Assembly (NCBI GenBank): GCA_964432405.1
Contig: CAYSNH010000005.1
Location: 30,074-43,033 of the forward strand
DNA length: 12,960 nt
Source of the DNA: an uncultured Candidatus Saccharibacteria bacterium
GTDB taxonomy: Bacteria; Patescibacteriota; Minisyncoccia; UBA6257; UBA11618
Direction of reading: 5' to 3'
Shown piece by piece: positions 7,785 through 12,960 of this stretch (positions within the stretch are counted from its first letter, which is position 1; every line of letters begins with the position of its first letter). Under the pieces are notes generated by a model. It was not told where the DNA came from. It ran no database searches and saw nothing but the letters and a program-made list of their open reading frames with translations. The translations under genes and the position numbers were made by a program.

Positions 7785-7812
7785 ATCAAAAGTTCTTTTT
7801 TAGATTTTAAAA

Positions 7813-7817
7813 GGAGG
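7813..7817 (+). promoter_or_regulatory. Canonical Shine-Dalgarno site (GGAGG) 5 nt upstream of the ATG at 7823
   Basis: The context is aaaaGGAGGaaagcATG. It is the only textbook SD with optimal spacing that I can find in the window. Confidence 0.7.
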
Positions 7818-7822
7818 AAAGC

Positions 7823-8398
7823 ATGTTTGGAAGGAGAAGAGTCAAACTCTTAAAAGAGTGGATTGAGTTTTACACAAAATACTTCGATGCTTATTTTGAC
7901 GAAGACAGATTCTCAGAAATTTCACTTCCCAAACCGAGAGATGATTGTGATGAGGTCTTGTTAATTCCTCAAGGATTAACATTGGGAGAGGTTTTTGATG
8001 TTTCCACGGAATATTTTAATATCTCTACCCAGTATGAAAATCTTGATAATCATGTCATTCATAATGAGAGAGATTCTCATTCCGCTTATGCCATTCAGTT
8101 TTACGGAGGACAGGAGCCATTTAACAAAAAAATTGCTAACCTTTCACCAGTCAAGCTGAGAGAAAATGGCATTGATTGCATGACTTTGTTAGAGCGTTTG
8201 GTTTATGGTCTCAAACTTTTCATTGAGACAGGCATTTTTATAGATGCTGTAAATACCGCTACGGTCTGTGCTGGGTCCCGGGATCATATGTCACGAGTGC
8301 CTTATACTCATATTGACAAAGAGAGGAGGGTTTGGATTAAGCACGCAAGTCCTTATGCTCAAGATGATAGTGTTTTTGCTCGGCAAGTATTCTTTTAA
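7823..8398 (+). CDS. Hypothetical cytoplasmic protein (191 aa) with no recognised domain
   Basis: A long ORF with a strong SD, followed immediately by an intrinsic terminator. It has no TM segment or signal peptide, is acidic, and has scattered Cys and His residues. I cannot assign a family from the sequence. Confidence 0.7.
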   Translation: MFGRRRVKLLKEWIEFYTKYFDAYFDEDRFSEISLPKPRDDCDEVLLIPQGLTLGEVFDVSTEYFNISTQYENLDNHVIHNERDSHSAYAIQFYGGQEPFNKKIANLSPVKLRENGIDCMTLLERLVYGLKLFIETGIFIDAVNTATVCAGSRDHMSRVPYTHIDKERRVWIKHASPYAQDDSVFARQVFF

Positions 8399-8400
8399 TG

Positions 8401-8429
8401 CCCCATCTTTTAGATGGGGTGTTTTTTTT
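8401..8429 (+). terminator. Rho-independent terminator
   Basis: An 8-bp stem pairs CCCCATCT (8401-8408) with AGATGGGG (8412-8419) around a ttt loop. It is followed by tgTTTTTTTT (8420-8429) and begins 3 nt after the TAA stop at 8396-8398. Confidence 0.8.
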
Positions 8430-8430
8430 G

Positions 8431-8436
8431 TATAAT
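8431..8436 (+). promoter_or_regulatory. Consensus -10 hexamer TATAAT, 9 nt upstream of the likely mreC ATG
   Basis: tataat at 8431-8436 and ATG at 8446, with no SD between them and no convincing -35 element. Confidence 0.3.
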
Positions 8437-8445
8437 ATACACACT

Positions 8446-9153
8446 ATGCGTTACCTTATTCTAATTATATTCATTTTTGCTCTGTGGTTTTTTGCCGGAT
8501 CTTTTGTTCACGATGTTAAGGGGGATGCTGTTTCTAGTTTGAATAAGGTCATTCTTTGGCCACGATGGTGGCTTCAAGGATTGGCCTCGCCAGCTCTCAA
8601 TCAACAAGAGCAGAAAGAATTACAATTAGAAAATAAAGATCTCAAGGCCCGTCTTTGGCGTTTAGAGAAGACTCAGTCAAATAATAATTCAAGTATTATT
8701 TCTGCCAAAATTCACTCCCGCTATCCATTTAACGATAAGAGTATTATCAGTATTAGTGCAGGGAAGCAATCGGGTGTTAGTCCAGGCATGGCGGTAACGG
8801 TTAAAGAGGGTTTGTTGATTGGTAAGGTCACCAAAGCTTTTTCTCGTTATAGTCTGGTAGAGACTATTTTTAATCCTGATTGGCAACTTCCTATTAGAAT
8901 AGGTGAGGCTGAAATAGAATCTCTTCTGACTGGAGGTTCTGAATTAAAAGTTACTTTGATCGCTAAGGATAAAAAGCTAGAGAGTGGGGATAGGGTTTTT
9001 GCTGCTAGCAAGGATTTTCCTTATGGCCTTACCATTGGTGATCTGGAGATATTAAAACCCGGTTCATCCGCTGGCGTTTTTCATGAAGCGGTAGTTAAGG
9101 TCCCATACAACCTCAATGAACTAAGTGATGTTCGGGTTATAAAAAAATGGTAG
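8446..9153 (+). CDS. mreC: Rod shape-determining protein MreC (235 aa, start revised relative to the ORF track)
   Basis: It has an N-terminal TM segment (MRYLILIIFIFALWFFAGSFV), a coiled coil (QKELQLENKDLKARLWRLEK) and a C-terminal GDRVFAAS..FPYGLTIG motif resembling MreC GDxxxTSG..FPxGxxIG. It sits between mreB and mreD. The track start at 8398 would translate through the terminator hairpin. Confidence 0.85.
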   Translation: MRYLILIIFIFALWFFAGSFVHDVKGDAVSSLNKVILWPRWWLQGLASPALNQQEQKELQLENKDLKARLWRLEKTQSNNNSSIISAKIHSRYPFNDKSIISISAGKQSGVSPGMAVTVKEGLLIGKVTKAFSRYSLVETIFNPDWQLPIRIGEAEIESLLTGGSELKVTLIAKDKKLESGDRVFAASKDFPYGLTIGDLEILKPGSSAGVFHEAVVKVPYNLNELSDVRVIKKW

Positions 9154-9557
9154 GCTTTGGTTCTCAGGTCGTCTTGGTGATGATAGCTGTCCTATTACAG
9201 CTAACCGGATTTATTAATATTTTAGGGATCAATTTAAATCTAGCTCTAATTGTTTTGGTGCCATTGATTTTTGTAACGCGTCACTGGTTGGCTTATCCCG
9301 CTCTCATCTTATTGGCCGCCCTCTTGCTCACCTCAGCACCTGGCATCGATAAAGTAACCCTGGTCTTTTCTTTGTTATTATTAGCTAGCTTTATTTTTAG
9401 CAAGATTATTCCTTGGCAGCCATTCGTTATGAATTTTGTCTTCATTGCCATCATTACCATTATTATCAATCTTCCTCATTTCTTTCCTTTAGCCTTGATA
9501 TTTAATATTGTTTTAGGGATGACAAGCTACTACTTAATGCGTCAAATCTATGCCTAA
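9147..9557 (+). CDS. mreD: Rod shape-determining protein MreD (136 aa, polytopic membrane protein)
   Basis: Almost entirely hydrophobic, with about 4-5 TM segments. It overlaps the mreC stop (ATGGTAG) and the PBP2 start. The call rests mainly on position and size. Confidence 0.7.
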   Translation: MVGFGSQVVLVMIAVLLQLTGFINILGINLNLALIVLVPLIFVTRHWLAYPALILLAALLLTSAPGIDKVTLVFSLLLLASFIFSKIIPWQPFVMNFVFIAIITIIINLPHFFPLALIFNIVLGMTSYYLMRQIYA

Positions 9558-11391
9558 AGAACCAGACTTAAATATCGAAGACGTTTCTTTCTCTGATTGG
9601 GAATCAACCTATGACAAATTAGAAATTTCTTTATCCAATAGAGTCTTTGCAGGAATCTATATTATTTTATTAATTATTTTTATAATCTCTCTTGGACGGG
9701 TTATCTCGCTTAACATAGGCAAGGGCTCTTTTTATCAGGTTCGAGCGATTGCTAACGTGAACAAGGAGATCATCACCCCTACCAGTCGCGGTATCATTAC
9801 CGATCGTTTTGGAGAATCTTTGGTAGAAAACACTCCAACATTTAGTTTAAGCTTAAGCATGGCCGATTTTTTTAGAGATGCTGAATCGGTTACAAAAAAT
9901 ATTAAGAAGGTGGCCGGGATTTTAGATGTTTCAGCTAGTGATCTAGAAAAGAAGATTCAGGAGGTTGATTTAGAAAGGGTCAGTGAGGTTATTATCGCCC
10001 CAGACATTACGGTAGAACAGGCTGTTAAGCTCCGCTCTTTAAAGCTCGAGGCTTTTAGAGTTAAGAACGCCTTTCGTCGCTATTATCCTGATAAAGAAAT
10101 ATTCTCACACGTCTTAGGTTATGTGGGGGTAGCTGATGAGGGGGATCAGATCGTCGGCAAAACTGGCTTGGAAGCTGCTTATAATGATCAATTAAAAGGT
10201 CAGAATGGTAAGCAGATTATCTATCGTGACGTTAAGGGAAAAACTCTTGATGAAAAAGTTATTGCTAAAGCTAAGCCAGGATTTCAGATCAACACTACCA
10301 TCGATGCCGGCTTGCAAAGATTTTTTTATAAACGCTTCAAAGAGCAGCTCGACCATCTTAATAGAACCTCTGGGGTAGGTATTGCTATCAATCCTAAGAA
10401 CGGGGAGATCTTGTCATTAATTAATTTTCCTAGTTTCGATAATAATAGGCCGGCCGATTATTTGAGCTCACGCAACCTACCATTATTTAACCGGGCTGTC
10501 TCAGGAGTCTATAGTCCCGGTTCGACTATCAAGCCTTTTGTGGCCTTAGCAGCTCTTAATGAAAAAGTTGTTACACCAGTTAATGAATTCTATTCCAAGG
10601 GTTATCTAGAAATTCCCAATCCTTATCACCCCGATAAGCCCAGTATCTTTTTAGATTGGAAGGCGCATGGTTCGGTTAATATGTTTTCTGCTTTAGCTAG
10701 GTCAAGTAACGTCTACTTCTATATAATCGGTGGTGGCTTTGGTGACTTTAAAGGATTGGGGGTAGATAGATTGCAAAAATATTGGGACATGTTTCATTTG
10801 GGTAAAAAAACCGGTATCGATATTCCTGCAGAAAAAGAAGGCTTCTTTTATACCCCCGATGAGAAAGAAGAGAAGACAGGTGATATTTGGAGAATTGGTG
10901 ACACATATAACGTCAGTATTGGTCAGGGTAACTTAGCTATGACTCCTCTTCGCTTAGTATCTTCTTTGGCTACATTGGCTAATAATGGAAAAGAGTATCG
11001 TCCTTATATAGCAAAAAGCCTGGTTGATGAACGTTCTAATATAGCGCAGCTCAATACTCCAAAGAAGACGTTAGATTACTCTTATCTAGACCCAATGATT
11101 TATGAGGTAAAAAAAGGCCTTAGAGACGCAGTTAGCAGGCCTTATGGCACGGCACGCTGGTTAGCCGACCTACCTTTCAAGTCATCAGGAAAGACTGGTA
11201 GCGCTCAATTTGCTAATAATACTAAAACCAACGCTTTCTTTGTGGGCTATGCACCATCTGATGATCCCGAGATAGCTATCTTGGTTTTGATAGAAAATGC
11301 ACGAGAGGGTAGTATAAATACACTGCCTATCGCGAAAGACACTTTGTGGTGGTATTATATGAACAGAATTGCTAGCAAGAAAAATGAGTAA
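9550..11391 (+). CDS. mrdA: Penicillin-binding protein 2 (elongasome class B transpeptidase), 613 aa
   Basis: It has an N-terminal TM anchor, SxxK (GSTIKPF, Ser325), SxN (RSSNVYF) and KTG (SGKTGSAQ). It lies directly downstream of mreCD. Confidence 0.9.
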   Translation: MPKEPDLNIEDVSFSDWESTYDKLEISLSNRVFAGIYIILLIIFIISLGRVISLNIGKGSFYQVRAIANVNKEIITPTSRGIITDRFGESLVENTPTFSLSLSMADFFRDAESVTKNIKKVAGILDVSASDLEKKIQEVDLERVSEVIIAPDITVEQAVKLRSLKLEAFRVKNAFRRYYPDKEIFSHVLGYVGVADEGDQIVGKTGLEAAYNDQLKGQNGKQIIYRDVKGKTLDEKVIAKAKPGFQINTTIDAGLQRFFYKRFKEQLDHLNRTSGVGIAINPKNGEILSLINFPSFDNNRPADYLSSRNLPLFNRAVSGVYSPGSTIKPFVALAALNEKVVTPVNEFYSKGYLEIPNPYHPDKPSIFLDWKAHGSVNMFSALARSSNVYFYIIGGGFGDFKGLGVDRLQKYWDMFHLGKKTGIDIPAEKEGFFYTPDEKEEKTGDIWRIGDTYNVSIGQGNLAMTPLRLVSSLATLANNGKEYRPYIAKSLVDERSNIAQLNTPKKTLDYSYLDPMIYEVKKGLRDAVSRPYGTARWLADLPFKSSGKTGSAQFANNTKTNAFFVGYAPSDDPEIAILVLIENAREGSINTLPIAKDTLWWYYMNRIASKKNE

Positions 11392-12115
11392 GTTAATTAT
11401 TGCCAATTGGAAAATGAATCCAGCTACCGTTGAAGAGGCGGTTCAGTTGGCGCGCGCTACCGATCATGAGCGATTAGTTATTTGCCCACCCTTTGTTTTT
11501 TTAGAAGAACTATCAAGAGTTATTGATAAGGGTCAGTTAGGAGCTCAAGATTTATTTTGGGAAGGAGATACGGGAGCCTTTACCGGAGAGATATCTCCAG
11601 AGGAGTTAAAGAATCTTGATGTGACGCATGTTATTATAGGTCACTCTGAGCGGCGTAAAAATCTTGGAGAGACTAATGAGATGGTGGCTAAAAAAATAGC
11701 TACCGCTATAGAAGCTGGTCTCATACCTATTCTTTGTGTGGGAGAGACTTTGGAACAAAAAGAAGCTGGTCAAAGAGAGGAGGTTATTGAAGATGAGGTT
11801 GTTTCAGCCTTAGCCGATATCGAATCTGATCAAACCATCTATATAGCTTATGAACCTATCTGGGCTATCAGCACCAATCCTGATGCTGAACCAGATAAGC
11901 CAGAAAACACCTTAGAGGTTATTGATTTTATTAAAAAAATTGTTCAAGAGGTTAATCCTAGCATAGTTTTGCGGCTAAAATTTCTTTATGGTGGATCAGT
12001 TAATTCAAAAAATGCTTCAGAATTTCTACAGCACAATTTAATCGAGGGGGCTTTGATAGGTGGAGCTAGTTTGCAGGCAGAAGAGTTAAATAAAATTCTT
12101 AACGAAGTTAGTTGA
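11384..12115 (+). CDS. tpiA: Triosephosphate isomerase (243 aa from the MSKLIIANWKMN start)
   Basis: It carries ANWKMN (catalytic Lys), IIGHSERR (His), AYEPIWAI (Glu), YGGSV and IGGASL. The ATG at 11384 gives the canonical N-terminus. The track start at 11369 adds 5 residues and lies deeper inside PBP2. Confidence 0.92.
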   Translation: MSKLIIANWKMNPATVEEAVQLARATDHERLVICPPFVFLEELSRVIDKGQLGAQDLFWEGDTGAFTGEISPEELKNLDVTHVIIGHSERRKNLGETNEMVAKKIATAIEAGLIPILCVGETLEQKEAGQREEVIEDEVVSALADIESDQTIYIAYEPIWAISTNPDAEPDKPENTLEVIDFIKKIVQEVNPSIVLRLKFLYGGSVNSKNASEFLQHNLIEGALIGGASLQAEELNKILNEVS

Positions 12116-12196
12116 ATTTGACTTTTGCTATTAATTAGGTTAGGATAGTAACTGGAATGAGTGCAGTCGTTTTCGGCACCTCTCCTATATGTTGGT

Positions 12197-12228
12197 AAAA
12201 CCGCGTCCCTAGGGCGCAGTTTTGCTTT
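12197..12228 (+). terminator. Probable Rho-independent terminator closing the PBP2-tpiA unit
   Basis: The sequence is AAAAC-c-GCGTCC-cta-GGGCGC-a-GTTTT. A 6-bp GC-rich stem (12203-12208 with 12212-12217, one G-U pair) is extended by A/T flanks and followed by TTTTGCTTT. Confidence 0.6.
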
Positions 12229-12234
12229 ATGGGG

Positions 12235-12262
12235 TTGCAAAATACAACTTATTATTCATAAT
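12235..12262 (+). promoter_or_regulatory. Candidate sigma70-type promoter (TTGCAA-N16-CATAAT) for murB or its leader
   Basis: ttgcaa at 12235-12240 and cataat at 12257-12262. The predicted start near 12269 coincides with the first G of the GGAGCTG helix strand. Confidence 0.4.
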
Positions 12263-12268
12263 AAAGAC

Positions 12269-12335
12269 GGAGCTGTGGTAGAGTACTCATTTAAAACATA
12301 TAGAATTGGAGGTCACCTCCACGGCTCCACTCCAG
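12269..12335 (+). ncRNA. Candidate structured 5' leader or small RNA upstream of murB, class unknown
   Basis: GGAGCTGT (12269-12276) pairs with ACGGCTCC (12321-12328), with one G-U pair. It encloses a perfect GGAGG-tca-CCTCC hairpin (12308-12320). The GC-rich helices sit in an AT-rich spacer. Three CUCC motifs are complementary to the GGAG just upstream of the murB ATG. Confidence 0.35.
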
Positions 12336-12368
12336 ATCTTTTGAATTAATTTCGAGATATGCGGAGTT

Positions 12369-12960
12369 ATGTTTAAAACCAACGTTAAACTGAGCGACCA
12401 TAGCAATTATAAGATTGGTGGGGAAGCTCAGTATTTTTTTCAATCAAATAAGGTAGAGGAGATAATCAAGGCAGTTAAAAAAGCTAAGCAAGATAAACTG
12501 CCTATTTTTATTTTGGGTAAAGGTACCAATCTTCTTTTTGATGATCAGGGCTTTAAAGGACTGGTTATCAAGCCAACCATGGACCAATTAAAGCAGGATG
12601 GTAATAAGGTTATTGTTGGAGCTGGTATCTTAGTTAGCGATCTATTAGATTTTGTGGCCGACAAGGGATTGGCTGGTTTGGAATGGGCTGGTGGCTTACC
12701 AGGCTTTGTTGGTGGAGCTGTTAGAGGTAACGCGGGCGCTTTCAAGGGTGAGATGAAGGATTCTGTTATCGAGGTGACAAGTTTAGATATTTCAGGAGTT
12801 GAGCCGAAGATTATTAAAAGAAATAATGGGGAGTGTAACTTTGGTTATCGTAATAGCATTTTTAAAGAAAAAGGTGATCAAGAGATTGTATTAGAGGCGG
12901 TCCTCGCTTTAGAGCCTGGCAACAAAGAGGAGATTCAAAAAGTTATTGATGATAAGATCG
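12369..12960 (+). CDS. murB: UDP-N-acetylenolpyruvoylglucosamine reductase (MurB), 3'-truncated by the window edge
   Basis: My own translation from the ATG at 12369 is MFKTNVKLSDHSNYKIGGEAQYFF...LPIFILGKGTNLLFDD...GLPGFVGGAVRGNAGAFKGE...NFGYRNSIF. This matches the MurB FAD-binding domain signatures (GxGSNLL, G(I/L)PGxVGGAxxMNAGAYG, YRxSxF). The frame is open to nt 12960. Confidence 0.9.
   Translation, partial: MFKTNVKLSDHSNYKIGGEAQYFFQSNKVEEIIKAVKKAKQDKLPIFILGKGTNLLFDDQGFKGLVIKPTMDQLKQDGNKVIVGAGILVSDLLDFVADKGLAGLEWAGGLPGFVGGAVRGNAGAFKGEMKDSVIEVTSLDISGVEPKIIKRNNGECNFGYRNSIFKEKGDQEIVLEAVLALEPGNKEEIQKVIDDKI

Noticed and set aside
11369-11383. The longer tpiA start (MLARKMSKL...) given in the ORF track.
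   Set aside because: The canonical TIM N-terminus begins just before the ANWKMN strand. ATG 11384 (MSKLIIANWKMN) matches this and gives the typical short overlap with the PBP2 stop. The upstream ATG adds non-conserved residues.
12158-12261. Two mini-ORFs: atg 12158 encoding MSAVVFGTSPICW (13 aa), and atg 12229 encoding MGLQNTTYYS followed by a double stop TAATAA.
   Set aside because: They have no convincing ribosome-binding sites, are too short to evaluate, and overlap predicted terminator and promoter elements. They are recorded only as possible leader peptides should the region prove regulatory.
12231-12335. A tRNA- or tmRNA-like element. GGGGTTG (12231-12237) could pair with CGGCTCC (12322-12328), giving a G3-U70-type wobble as in tRNA-Ala or tmRNA. 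GGAGCTG (12269-12275) gives another acceptor-like stem, followed by a discriminator-like A.
   Set aside because: The would-be T-arm (GGAGG-tca-CCTCC) has a 3-nt loop instead of the 7-nt TPsiC loop. No D-arm or anticodon arm can be drawn. The lengths (about 61 or 99 nt) fit neither a tRNA nor a tmRNA. There is no Ala-resume tag ORF ending in a hydrophobic tail. The 3' end reads ACTCCA, not ACCA. The GGGGTTG also overlaps the candidate -35 box.
12161-12349. A 62-aa + strand ORF in the tpiA-murB spacer.
   Set aside because: It has no SD, spans the terminator hairpin, the candidate promoter and the structured element, and its sequence has no protein-like features and does not resemble SecG, the usual tpiA neighbour. 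The open frame is most likely chance.
1-12960. Mobile elements, CRISPR arrays, defence systems, toxin-antitoxin pairs, or alternative genetic code (TGA recoding).
   Set aside because: I noticed no direct or inverted terminal repeats, no spacer-repeat arrays, and no integrase, transposase or nuclease-like ORFs. TGA terminates the first ORF (824-826) and tpiA (12113-12115) at positions consistent with homologs and the downstream gene starts, so the standard bacterial code fits.

Overview
All supported genes in this AT-rich window lie on the + strand. They are tightly packed, with several overlapping junctions: TAATG at 3243 and 4546, and 7-16 nt overlaps at 6710, 9147, 9550 and 11384. The content is housekeeping cell-envelope and translation genes. 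In order: a 5'-truncated repeat-bearing hypothetical protein, murA, mreB copy 1, a minimal holB-like clamp-loader subunit, frr, an rseP-like M50 protease and proS. These are followed by mreB copy 2, an orphan 191-aa gene, mreC, mreD, PBP2 (mrdA), tpiA, a structured intergenic region, and the 5' part of murB (not in the ORF track because it runs off the window).

The compact genes, minimal holB and INS-less ProRS suggest a small-genome bacterium, possibly Patescibacteria/CPR-like. That placement is inference only. TGA acts as a stop codon, so the standard code 11 applies. I see no mobile elements, CRISPR arrays, rRNA genes, canonical tRNA genes or recognisable defence genes.

This is mostly an ordinary core region, and I do not see a clear multi-gene novel system. 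The points worth a second look are:
- an orphan gene cassette with its own promoter, Shine-Dalgarno (SD) site and terminator, inserted between mreB and mreC;
- MurA with Asp at the fosfomycin-target Cys position;
- an MreB paralog with Asn in place of the phosphate-2 catalytic Asp;
- a ProRS whose INS editing domain is replaced by a 4-Cys knuckle and which has a shortened catalytic core;
- a divergent TIM lid loop;
- a GC-rich structured leader or small RNA upstream of murB.
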